The position numbers and the translations under genes are program-made. Positions 40,256-49,588 of a stretch of DNA of 64,000 nt are shown piece after piece. The stretch's first letter is position 1. The number at the start of each line of letters is the position of its first letter. Origin of the DNA: Alphaproteobacteria bacterium. GTDB taxonomy: Bacteria; Pseudomonadota; Alphaproteobacteria; Bin95. The DNA is taken from the NCBI GenBank assembly GCA_964291285.2, contig OZ219788.1, forward strand, positions 672,001 to 736,000. Reading direction: 5' to 3'. The notes beneath the pieces were generated by a model. It saw only the letters and a list, made by a program, of their open reading frames with translations. It was not told the origin of the DNA and did no database searches.

Positions 40256-41480
40256 TACTAAGCGCGGTTCGAATTGACTCATTGTTCCAAAATGTTGTGT
40301 TGAGGTGAGGTGCCGGACAAGGTGGATAGAGTGATGTCAGGCAGTCTTGGGGCTGGAGGATGATGATGGGTGCGGCGACGCCGATAACCTGGACGGAGCA
40401 TGGATCGGACGATCTCCATGATCTGGCGAAGCGCTGCGGTGAGGCGAAGCAAGCCTGTCGGGCGCGTGCGATCGCGATGATCATGGATGGGGCGTCGCGC
40501 ACGGAGGCGGCGCGGGCGCAGGGCATGGAGCTTCAAGTTCTGCGCGACTGGGTGTTGCGCTACAATGCGGAGGGGTTCGAGGGGCTTGCGGATCGTCCTC
40601 GCGGGGGCAGCGATGGTCGGTTGACGGAGGCTCAGATTGCCGAGATCGGGTTGTGGATCGAGGCGGGTCCCGATCTTGAGCGGGACGGTGTCACGCGCTG
40701 GCGGGTTCAGGACATCATACGGAAAATCGAGGAGGCCTTCGGGGTCATTTATACGGAGAGCGGCGCCCGTATGATGCTCCGAAGGGCCGGGTTTCGTTTT
40801 GTCTCGGGACGGCCGATCCACCCCAGGGCCGACGCGGAGCGGCAGGGGGCGTTCGTGGCGGACTTCGAGGCAAGGGTGACGTCGATGCTCAGTTCCGAGG
40901 CGCTGGCGGGCCCGATCGAAATCTGGTTCCAGGACGAGGCGCGCATCGGCCAGAAAGGGATGACGACGCGCGTCTGGGCGCGCGGGAGGCAACGTCCGCG
41001 CATCGTGCGCGACCATCGCTATGGCTATGTCTATCTGTTCGGCGCCACCTGCGCACAGCGCGGCGTCGGCATCGCCCATGTGGCGGACAGGGCGAACACG
41101 GCGGCGATGAACGAGCATCTGGCGGCGATCGGCGCGGCCGTGGCGCCGGGTGCGCACGGCGTGGTCATACTGGACGGGGCAGGCTGGCATCGCTCGGGCG
41201 ACCTTCTCGTCCCCCCCAATCTGACGCTCCTGCATCTGCCGCCATACAGTCCGGAACTCAATCCCATGGAGCAGATCATACTGGTCCTGAAATCGAACCG
41301 CTTCGCCAACCGTGTGTTCAAGGATGTCGCCGCCCTGAGAGAAGCCTGCCGGACGGCATCGCAATGGCTCATCGAGCAACCCGACATCATCACCAAAACA
41401 ACCCGGCGAAGCTGGGCCGTCGCACCATCGTGACGATCCCCACGACCCAATGCATCGGTCTATATGACTTGCGGTTGGTA
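40256..41480 (+). mobile_element. IS630-family element, intact copy
   Basis: Same ends as 9073-10445; flanks TCA/TGA do not match. Confidence 0.93.
40360..41433 (+). CDS. IS630 transposase
   Basis: Uninterrupted 357-aa ORF with HTH and DDE motifs. Confidence 0.95.
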   Translation: MMMGAATPITWTEHGSDDLHDLAKRCGEAKQACRARAIAMIMDGASRTEAARAQGMELQVLRDWVLRYNAEGFEGLADRPRGGSDGRLTEAQIAEIGLWIEAGPDLERDGVTRWRVQDIIRKIEEAFGVIYTESGARMMLRRAGFRFVSGRPIHPRADAERQGAFVADFEARVTSMLSSEALAGPIEIWFQDEARIGQKGMTTRVWARGRQRPRIVRDHRYGYVYLFGATCAQRGVGIAHVADRANTAAMNEHLAAIGAAVAPGAHGVVILDGAGWHRSGDLLVPPNLTLLHLPPYSPELNPMEQIILVLKSNRFANRVFKDVAALREACRTASQWLIEQPDIITKTTRRSWAVAPS

Positions 41481-41651
41481 TGAGTTGCCGTGAAAATTGT
41501 TGGGGATCGGGCGCACAAAAACCCCTCCCCGCCAAAGCACTGCTTCCGAGGCGTCCGATACTCGCCATCTGCGGCGCCCGTCTTGCGGATCGTGATCGGT
41601 AGGCAACCCCGTACAAGCCCGAAGTCCCGCCCGCGCGGCCGGCACCTGTTT

Positions 41652-42878
41652 TCATGATACGGGGTGGCCGACCCGCCCGGCAATGAAGGTTTTGGGCAAG
41701 TCTCGACAGGCGAGGGCAGCTCCATTTAAGGCCGCCGCGATTCTCGCCCCGACGCGCTCTGCGGCGTCCTCGACCTCATGGTCGCCGACATGCGCGTATC
41801 GCAGTGTCATTGTCGGCTGCGCATGACCGAGCATCCGGGCGACGGTCGGCAGCGGCACGCCGCTGGCCACGGCCTGGCTCGCCACCGTATGGCGCAGGTC
41901 ATGCAGGCGCACATCCTCGATCCCCGCCTCCCGCCTTGCCAGGAGCCAGAGGCCGAGATTGCGGGACCGCGGCCTTTCCGGGTCTCCGGGCGAGGGAAAC
42001 ACGAAGGCGCTTCCGTTTCTCGGCTGGCGTGCGATGACGGCCTGCGCCGCCCCGCTCAGCCATACCGTGCGCGGCCCCGTCTTGGCCCCGGCCAGTCTAA
42101 GCACGTCTCCATCGACCTCCGACCATCCGAGCTTCAGGATTTCGCTTTTTCGGCAGCCGGTCAGCAGCAGCAGGCGGATGATGTCGGCCTGCGGGCGGCG
42201 CGAGGGCCGTTCCCGCACCAGCCGGTCCAGGGTACGGTGAAGCTGGGCGATCTCTTCTACGGACAGGAACCGGGTCATCTTCCGGCCCGGGTTCGGCCTG
42301 ACGCCGGCGGCAGGATCGGTGCCGACATGGCCGGCGGCCCTGGCGGCGGTCACGATCTGGCGCAGCACGGCGAGCGTCTTGTTGGCCGCGCCCGGCGTCT
42401 TGCGGCTCATGTTGTCGAACCAGCGCTCGACATGGGGCCTGGCGATGCAGTCGAGGCGAAGCGCCCCGAAGGCGGGCAGAAGCCGGCGCCGGACCACATG
42501 CTCCACGCGCTCGCCCCATTTAGGGCTGCAATGGCCCCGGCGCGCCGGCAGCCAGTCCTGCATGACGAAATCCCGGAAGAGGGGAACGGCAGTCCGGGAA
42601 GCCGGATCTGCGGCGCAGAGCGGATGCGAGCCGTCCAGCAGGGCCCGGCATGCGACCCGTGCTTCCTCCACCGTCATCAGCGCGGCCGCGCCGATGGTCG
42701 TCCGCACCATCCTGCCGTTCACGGTCCCGTGCCACACGAAACCGCGATGCCCGGAAGGCCGGACCCGCACGCCCAGACCGGCAACCCGAATGTCCCTGAC
42801 GATGTATTCGATGCTGCCGGGCCTCAATCTTGCGACGCCTGCATCCGTCAGGCGGACCTTCCTTGCCCTGCCCGTCAT
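41652..42878 (-). CDS. Tyrosine recombinase/integrase 2
   Basis: N-terminal arm-binding domain (GLGVRVRPSG), TGCRKSEI, AKTG, HDLRH, LGH..TLRY. Confidence 0.93.
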   Translation of the reverse strand: MTGRARKVRLTDAGVARLRPGSIEYIVRDIRVAGLGVRVRPSGHRGFVWHGTVNGRMVRTTIGAAALMTVEEARVACRALLDGSHPLCAADPASRTAVPLFRDFVMQDWLPARRGHCSPKWGERVEHVVRRRLLPAFGALRLDCIARPHVERWFDNMSRKTPGAANKTLAVLRQIVTAARAAGHVGTDPAAGVRPNPGRKMTRFLSVEEIAQLHRTLDRLVRERPSRRPQADIIRLLLLTGCRKSEILKLGWSEVDGDVLRLAGAKTGPRTVWLSGAAQAVIARQPRNGSAFVFPSPGDPERPRSRNLGLWLLARREAGIEDVRLHDLRHTVASQAVASGVPLPTVARMLGHAQPTMTLRYAHVGDHEVEDAAERVGARIAAALNGAALACRDLPKTFIAGRVGHPVS

Positions 42879-44002
42879 GACCGCGCTCCCGAGAGCAGCG
42901 GCGCCAGCGCCTCGACCGTCTCCCTGACCGTCGCGTCGGAGAGATGCGCGTATTTCAGCGTGGTCGCCGCCTTCTCATGGCCCAGCAGCCGGCCCACCGT
43001 GCGGATCGTCTCGCCGCCCGACAGCGCCATGCTGGCGTAGCTGTGGCGCATGTCATGCAGGCGCATGTCCTCAAGGCCCGCCTCGGCGCGCAACTGCATC
43101 CAGAAGGCGTCAAGCCAGCTCCATGGCGTGCGCCGGCCTGCGATGGGGAACACGAAGCGCGACGAACGCGGCAGCCCGTCGAGGACCTCCCGCGCCGCCT
43201 TGCAAAGCCAGACCGTGCGGGGACCGGTTTTGGAATCAGCCAGGTAGAGCCTGCCATCGCGGTAGAAGCGCCATTCCAGGGTGACGATCTCCGACTTGCG
43301 GCAGCCGGTCAGCAGAAGCAGGCGGAGCGCCGCGACCCGGAAGGGCTGCCGGGCCTCATGGCGGTTCAGCGCCATGCCGAGGCGGCGGTATTCCTCGGGC
43401 GACAGGAAGCGCTCCGACCGCTTCTGCCGGTAGGGCCGGATGCCCTTGCAGGGATTGCCGCCATCGGTGCGGTATCCCCAGGCCTCGGCCTGCTGCATGA
43501 TGACGGACAGGATCGGCGCCGACCGGTTCGCCGCCGCCGGCACCGCATGGAGCGAGCGGAACCAGCGCTGCACCTCCTCGCGGTCGATGTCGGCGACAGG
43601 GCGGTCCGCGAAGAAGGGCAGGATCTGGTTGTGGAGATAGCAGCGGTTGACGGCGAGCGTGCGCGGCTTCCAGCGCCTGCCGTAGCGGGAGAAGACCTCT
43701 TCGGCGACGGTCTCGAACAGCGCGTCGCCGGACGCTTCGGCTTCGATGTCCCTGTCGTCGCGGAGAGCGGCGAGCATGGACCGGGCGCGGGCGCGCGCCT
43801 CGGCCTCGGTCATGACCGCCGCGTCGCCGACGATCTTCCAGACCCGGTGGCCGCGGTGCTGGCTGTGGATGAAATAGCGCTTCCTGCCCGAGGGCATGAC
43901 GCGCACGCCGTAGCCCTTCAGTCCGGCGTCCCGGACATTGCGGACGGACTTGCGGGGCCGGAGGGTATCGACCCGGCGCTGGGTGAGGCGGATGGCTGCC
44001 AC
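42875..44002 (-). CDS. Tyrosine recombinase/integrase 1
   Basis: GYGVRVMPSG, TGCRKSEI, SKTG, HDMRH, LGH..TLKY; GTG start with GGGGAG RBS; ATGA overlap with integrase 2. Confidence 0.93.
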   Translation of the reverse strand: MAAIRLTQRRVDTLRPRKSVRNVRDAGLKGYGVRVMPSGRKRYFIHSQHRGHRVWKIVGDAAVMTEAEARARARSMLAALRDDRDIEAEASGDALFETVAEEVFSRYGRRWKPRTLAVNRCYLHNQILPFFADRPVADIDREEVQRWFRSLHAVPAAANRSAPILSVIMQQAEAWGYRTDGGNPCKGIRPYRQKRSERFLSPEEYRRLGMALNRHEARQPFRVAALRLLLLTGCRKSEIVTLEWRFYRDGRLYLADSKTGPRTVWLCKAAREVLDGLPRSSRFVFPIAGRRTPWSWLDAFWMQLRAEAGLEDMRLHDMRHSYASMALSGGETIRTVGRLLGHEKAATTLKYAHLSDATVRETVEALAPLLSGARS

Positions 44003-44133
44003 GATTGCGGCTCCCCGATCTGTTGCACTCCCTTGCAGAACCGGGTTCGATGCCGCGCCCGGTTGCACCGAAAACGGGAAAAATCCACAATCATGTCAGA
44101 TGGTTAGCACCAAAGGTGCGGTCGCTTGTGTAG

Positions 44134-46001
44134 ACTGATTTGAGCGCAACCGTGTTGTGCCTCTGGTTTTCACCGGGCGGGTGAAGGAATGGTGAGGGGT
44201 TATCGTTCTGCGGTGAGGGTTACAGTTGAGCGTGGCGGCGCGGCCTCGACGGCGCGTGGCGGTCTGGTTCTTGTGTTCGAATTGCTTGCGGCGAGACGGT
44301 TTCTTGCGGGTCTTCCGCGTCTGTCCGGGGGTCCGTCACAGGGCTGGAGCGACGGTCAGATGATCCTTGCGGTTCCGGTTCTGAACATGGCGGGGCTTGA
44401 TCGTGTGTCGGACATTGAGGTTCTGGAGGCGGACCGGGGGCTTTGCGCTCTGGTTCGCCGGTTCGAGCCGAAGCTGTTCGGGGTCTCTCGCGGCTCGCTC
44501 GCTCGTCGGTTCCGGGGCGGTCGCGAGCGTTGCTTTCCGTCGGCGCGCTCGATCCGTGACTGGCTGGACCGTTTCCACGTTGCGGGGGTTCATGACGCCG
44601 AGCGCAAGAAGGGGACGGCGTTGATCCCGGCGCCGGGCGAGAGGGACGGCCTGCTTCGCGAGGTGACCCGTCGCCTTGTTGCGGCAGGGGTGCGGGAGTC
44701 GGGCGCGGGCGCGGTGACGATCGACCTCGACGCGACAATCATCGCTTCGGGCAAGCGGGCCTGCCTGTCGACATACCGTGCGGCGTCGGGTTCGGTTCCG
44801 GGGGAGCGGGGCTACCAGCCGCTGATCGCGTTCTGCCCGGAGCCCGGCATGGTCCCGTGGCTTGAGATGCGCGATGGCAATGTGCCGGCGAGGCTCGACA
44901 ACCGGCGCGGGCTTGAAGAGGCGCTGTTGCAGCTTCCCGACGACATAGGTCGTGTAGTGCTGCGCAGCGACGCGGCCGCTTGTCAGGAGGAGGTGGTCCG
45001 CGCCTGCAACGACCCGGCGTTCCGCAGGGAGGAGACGCGTCGGTTCGGCACGGTGGGGTTGGTCTGCGGCGCGGTGCGCCCGGAGCCGCTGATGGCGGAG
45101 GTGGCGCGTCTCGGGGAAGACGCCTGGCGCCCGGTGCCGGTGAGCGGACGCAACAGGCGCGCGGCGCCGGACAGGGCGCCGCTGGAATGCGCCGAACTGC
45201 CTTATGTCCCGGCAAGCACCCTGGCGATGAAGCCGCATCACGTGGTCCGCCATGTCGTGACCCGGCGCGCCCTTCCGGGCGAGCTGGGCCTGGACGAAGG
45301 AGACCTGCCGGCGGCCCGGGGCAGGCCCGCCTACAGGATCGGGGCCTATGTCACCAACTTCCCCGCCCCCGACGCCATCCGGGCGGAGAAGGCGAACGGG
45401 CTGGAGACCATGGACAGCTTCGAGGTGGTCGCGGCGGCCCATGCCCGCTGCGGTCACGGCGAGGAGGTGCATGCGGTGCTCAAGTCCGACCTCGCAGCCG
45501 GGATGATGCCGTCGGGGCGGTTCGGCGCGAATGCCGCCTGGCTGTGGCTCGCGGGCCTGGCGATGAACGTGCTGGCGCTGCTGCGCCGCACCGCCTGCGG
45601 GCAGGAATGGCAATGGACGCGGATGAAGCGTCTGCGCGCCATGTGGATCCACCTCGTCGCCCGGGTCGTCCACCATGGCCGCCGGATCACCCTCGTGTTC
45701 GGCAACCCCGGTCCCCATCTGATGGCAGCGTGCCGGAGGATGAACCTCGCCATGCCGCCGCCCGCGCCCGGCTGATCCCCGCGCCCAGGAGCCCCACCGA
45801 AAAACCCGACCGGCACCCCACCGGAGGAAAACGCGCGCCCGGGCAGTCCCGATCAAGACCGGATCGGCGCAAAAACTGCGGCCAGACCGCCCCCAATCCA
45901 TACCAAACCCGACGACCCCCGCCTGAACAACGCCGCAACACTCAACAACGGTTCCAGGAAAGCCAAAACCCAGCCGCAAAAAATCAGCTCGCCGATCAGG
46001 G
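44134..46001 (+). mobile_element. Body and right IR of an IS1380-family element (left IR displaced to 14771)
   Basis: Right IR AGCTCGCCGATCAGGG at 45986-46001. Confidence 0.78.
44189..45775 (+). CDS. IS1380-family transposase
   Basis: TIDLDAT, GYQPL, RDGNV, LRSDAA and LKSDL..MPSGRFGANAAW motifs. Confidence 0.88.
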   Translation: MVRGYRSAVRVTVERGGAASTARGGLVLVFELLAARRFLAGLPRLSGGPSQGWSDGQMILAVPVLNMAGLDRVSDIEVLEADRGLCALVRRFEPKLFGVSRGSLARRFRGGRERCFPSARSIRDWLDRFHVAGVHDAERKKGTALIPAPGERDGLLREVTRRLVAAGVRESGAGAVTIDLDATIIASGKRACLSTYRAASGSVPGERGYQPLIAFCPEPGMVPWLEMRDGNVPARLDNRRGLEEALLQLPDDIGRVVLRSDAAACQEEVVRACNDPAFRREETRRFGTVGLVCGAVRPEPLMAEVARLGEDAWRPVPVSGRNRRAAPDRAPLECAELPYVPASTLAMKPHHVVRHVVTRRALPGELGLDEGDLPAARGRPAYRIGAYVTNFPAPDAIRAEKANGLETMDSFEVVAAAHARCGHGEEVHAVLKSDLAAGMMPSGRFGANAAWLWLAGLAMNVLALLRRTACGQEWQWTRMKRLRAMWIHLVARVVHHGRRITLVFGNPGPHLMAACRRMNLAMPPPAPG

Positions 46002-46054
46002 CAACTGGCAAACTGAAAAGCGATTCCCCTGGAGCGCAAGCTTCTCGGACTTGC

Positions 46055-46081
46055 TTGACGGTGGGGGGGGGGGGGTAGACT
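46055..46081 (+). promoter_or_regulatory. Putative sigma70 promoter TTGACG-GT(G)13-TAGACT
   Basis: Same promoter as 6625-6648 but with G13. Confidence 0.6.
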
Positions 46082-46114
46082 TTGCGTCCGTAACAGGATC
46101 GGGAGGATTTTATC

Positions 46115-48418
46115 ATGGCTATCGAGCGGACCGGCGGCGCTGGCGACGACACCCTGACGGGGGGCGTCGGCAATGACATCCTGAAGGGCGGCCTCGGCGA
46201 CGACATCCTGACGGGCGGCGACGGCGACGACACGCTGACCGGCGGAACCGCAAGCGCGGGAGCCGACGCGGACTTTCTCCTCATGAACCCCGGCAGCTCG
46301 GACGATGACACGCTGGACGGCGGCGCGGGGAACGATGTGCTGGACGGCGGCGCGGGCGATGACACGCTGGACGGCGGCACGGGCAACGACACGCTGTATG
46401 GCGGCGACGGGGACGACACGGTGGATGGCGGTGCGGGCAACGACCGTCTGGAAGGCGGCCGGGGCGCTGACAGGCTGACCGGCGGCCGGGGCGCTGACTC
46501 GCTCTATGGCGGCAGTGGCCATGACGTCTTTGCGTTCGCGGTCGGCGACGGGGCCGATTACATCGGCGATTTCGAGGCTGGCGACATCATCGAGATTGCC
46601 GGGGTGCCGGGCGGTTTCGGGGATCTTGTGATCGAGCAGAAGGGCTTCAATACCGTCATCAGCTACGGCGACGGCGACACGATCAAGCTGGAGGGCGTGA
46701 CGGCGGCCTCCCTTGGCGCGGACGACTTCCGGTTCCTTCCCGTCGAGGCAGCCCCGCCGGAGGGCGGCGGCGAGGACGCTCCTGCACAGGGTGCGCCGCC
46801 GGACGGCAACGATGACGGCGACAGCGACGATGATGACTTGAGCGGCGGGTCCGCCGGCGGGACGGTGCTCACGGGCGGCAATCGCGCGAACACGCTGACC
46901 GGAGGCGAAGGCGACGATCTCCTGAGGGGCCGCAAGGGCGACGACACGCTGGACGGCGGCGCGGGCGACGACAGGCTGGGGGGCGGGCGCGGCGCCGACA
47001 CGCTGACGGGCGGGGCTGGCGCCGACACGCTGACCGGCGGCCGCGGCGCCGATACCTTCGTGTTCGAGGCGGGAGACGGCGCCGACATCATTACCGACTT
47101 CGGGGCCGGCGACAGGATTCGCCTCGACGGCATATCCGGCGGGTTCACGGCGCTGGTCATCGAGCAGGACGGCGCCGATACCGTCATTCGCTACGGCGGC
47201 GGCGGCGACACGATCAGGCTATCGGGCGTGTCGGCAGACAGCCTGGATGCGAACGACTTCATCCTGCCTGCTGGCGGTGGCGGCGACGAAAAGGCCGCTT
47301 ACGGCGCCAGTACGAGCGACGACGACAACGACGGTGGCGACCCCCTTGACGACGACAACGACGGCGGCGAGGACACGATCCCGGGCAACTCGGGCGATGG
47401 GACGCTCGATGTCGAGAACACTGGGGACGGCGGCGGCGACTCGGACGCCGGGGGAGACGACGACGACGACAGCTGCAATGACCAGGGCGAGCTTCCTCGC
47501 ATCGTCGGTCAGGGCCAGACCGGATACGGCATACTCCACGGCACCGAGGACTCGGAGTTCATCTACGGCGGTGCCGGATGGACTTGGGACACGCTCTACG
47601 GCCACGGCGGCCATGACACGATGGCAGGCGGCTACGGCCGCGACGTGCTGGTCGGCGGCAAGGGCAACGACTGGCTTCGCGGCGACTGGGGGGGATGGGT
47701 CTACGGCGACACCTACATTTTCAATCCGGGCGACGGCTTCGACTACCTGTACGAGCTGAGAAAGGAGGACACGATCGAGTTTCACTTCGGCGATCAAGAC
47801 ATGGGTCCCTTCCGGTTCGCCGATCACCAGGCGCTCTACTCCATGGACGCGGTCATCGTCTACGGCGATGGTGGCACGTCGGACGGCACCATCCTCTCGC
47901 ACACCGGCTGGGCCTGCCAGCTGCAGGTGAACGGCGGCGCGGGCGGCGGAACCGTCCGGATTGGCGACATGTCGCTGGCCGAGTTCAAGGCCTCCGGGAT
48001 CGGCTTCACCGTCCGGGGCGGTAACGGCGACAATACGCTCCACGGCGCCTTCGGCCGGGACATCCTCCAGGGCCTCGGGGGCGACGACACGCTCCACGGC
48101 CACGATCGGGACGACCGGCTTTCGGGGGGGACGGGCGACGACACGTTGATCGGGGGCAAGGGTAACGACCTGCTACACGGCGGCGCCGGCGCCGATCGAT
48201 TCGTCTTCGACAGCGAGTCCGAGACCGACCGCATCCTGGACTTCGAGGACGGCACCGACATCCTGGTTATCCGTGGGAAGCTCCAATTCTCCGATCTGGA
48301 CATCAAGCAGAGCGGACACAACGCCGTGATCGGCGATCCCGACAACACATTCTCGATCGTGGTCGAGAACATTCAGGCGTCGCAGCTGACCGAGGCCGAT
48401 TTCGACTTCGTCGGCTGA
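46115..48418 (+). CDS. RTX calcium-binding repeat protein (family A paralog, 767 aa)
   Basis: First ~255 aa identical to the 4330-6591 protein, different central domain, same terminal IQASQLTEADFDFVG. Confidence 0.92.
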   Translation: MAIERTGGAGDDTLTGGVGNDILKGGLGDDILTGGDGDDTLTGGTASAGADADFLLMNPGSSDDDTLDGGAGNDVLDGGAGDDTLDGGTGNDTLYGGDGDDTVDGGAGNDRLEGGRGADRLTGGRGADSLYGGSGHDVFAFAVGDGADYIGDFEAGDIIEIAGVPGGFGDLVIEQKGFNTVISYGDGDTIKLEGVTAASLGADDFRFLPVEAAPPEGGGEDAPAQGAPPDGNDDGDSDDDDLSGGSAGGTVLTGGNRANTLTGGEGDDLLRGRKGDDTLDGGAGDDRLGGGRGADTLTGGAGADTLTGGRGADTFVFEAGDGADIITDFGAGDRIRLDGISGGFTALVIEQDGADTVIRYGGGGDTIRLSGVSADSLDANDFILPAGGGGDEKAAYGASTSDDDNDGGDPLDDDNDGGEDTIPGNSGDGTLDVENTGDGGGDSDAGGDDDDDSCNDQGELPRIVGQGQTGYGILHGTEDSEFIYGGAGWTWDTLYGHGGHDTMAGGYGRDVLVGGKGNDWLRGDWGGWVYGDTYIFNPGDGFDYLYELRKEDTIEFHFGDQDMGPFRFADHQALYSMDAVIVYGDGGTSDGTILSHTGWACQLQVNGGAGGGTVRIGDMSLAEFKASGIGFTVRGGNGDNTLHGAFGRDILQGLGGDDTLHGHDRDDRLSGGTGDDTLIGGKGNDLLHGGAGADRFVFDSESETDRILDFEDGTDILVIRGKLQFSDLDIKQSGHNAVIGDPDNTFSIVVENIQASQLTEADFDFVG

Positions 48419-48748
48419 CGCACCTGACGCGCGCCGCCAGGGCCATGCGAGAAGCGCCGCGCCGAATGCTGGCCAGAGGGGCAGGAGCGTCGCGGCCCCG
48501 ATGCGCGGGCGCCCGGCGGCAGTTGACTGTGGCATGGATGCAACAGGTCCGGGCAATCGGCGTTCGGGCGCCCTGTCCGTTCCCTCCCGGCACATGCGGC
48601 CCGGGCGCGCCGTCTCGCCTACGGCCTCATGCGCTTTCCCCGGCCCGTTTTCCGCCGCCGCGCCCGTTCGACAAGGCCTGTCCAACCCCGCCCGGCGGAC
48701 CGGTTCAACGGGCCCCACAATATCCCCGCCGAGGCAAGGGGGACCTGA

Positions 48749-48880
48749 TACCACCGGTCGTTGATTGGAACCGATAGCAGAGCCTCCCTCCGTAGCCTGC
48801 CCCCTGAGCCGAGGCCTCGTACTGCAAGAGGTAATCTCCGCCGAGAGAGGCTTATCGGGTCTTATCTGTGGCCGCTGGCG
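48749..48880. mobile_element. Second, degenerate copy of the 132-bp MITE
   Basis: Aligns end to end with 9524-9655. Confidence 0.85.
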
Positions 48881-49193
48881 TGGGCAGACGCCCAAGGATG
48901 CGGTTGATCTTGGCGTCGATCTTGGCATCAAGGCTGTCGATCTTGGTGTTGACCTTGGCATCAAGGCTGTCGATCTTTGCGTCGAACTTGGCATCGAGAA
49001 GGTTGATCCTTTCGTCCAGGTGATCGAGCTTGGCGTCAACCCTTGCAAAGGCGGCCTTGAATGCCTTTCGGTCATTGTTGACGGAACCCGCCCACATGCC
49101 CCCGCTGAACAGGATAACCATCAGCGTCAGGGCAGCAGCCCCGACCCGCAGGGGGTCCGCCAATATCCACTCAAACACCGTCTCAAACACCAT
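48852..49193 (-). CDS. Small membrane-anchored coiled-coil protein with 11-aa KID-like repeats
   Basis: N-terminal TM helix; DAKIDSLDAK repeats (33-bp units at 48906-49004); RBS and TTGATC-N18-TAGAAT upstream; stop lies within the MITE. Confidence 0.65.
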   Translation of the reverse strand: MVFETVFEWILADPLRVGAAALTLMVILFSGGMWAGSVNNDRKAFKAAFARVDAKLDHLDERINLLDAKFDAKIDSLDAKVNTKIDSLDAKIDAKINRILGRLPTPAATDKTR

Positions 49194-49260
49194 CGTTCCC
49201 CTTCCTTCTCGCGCTAATTCTATCCCCGCCGCACCTGCCTGATCAAGCCGCGGCGGTAAC

Positions 49261-49324
49261 CCCTGATCGGCGAGCTGCGGCAGTGGTGGCATCTTGTCCG
49301 ATGCCTTTCCTACAATGATTTGAG
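49261..49324 (+). mobile_element. Isolated left end of an IS1380-like element related to 14771/44134
   Basis: Starts CCCTGATCGGCGAGCT and ends TGATTTGAG, as in the reconstructed junction. Confidence 0.7.
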
Positions 49325-49581
49325 CCTAAATCCGGCATTTGACGGGCTTGATCGCTGTCTCGGGGTAGTGTGAACGGTCGGATTTGAGCGTGGATTTCAA
49401 CCTGTCGGCGCGGCCCTGGGTGGCGGTAGCCAGGGTTGACGCCCCGGTTGGCGGCCATGGAGGTATTTCCTGAGCGCCTCGGCGAGGATGCAGCGCCAGC
49501 GATCCCCGGCGCTCAACTGCTCCGCAGTTTGCGTCAGCGACCGGAAGAAGCCGGCGATCCGGCGCAGCGCCGCCATCACCG
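49325..49581 (-). mobile_element. Inverted right-end fragment of the IS1380 type at 49589
   Basis: Encodes MAALRRIAGFFRSLTQ.. and ends in the IR CCTAAATCCGGCA. Confidence 0.9.
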
Positions 49582-49588
49582 TTGTTAT

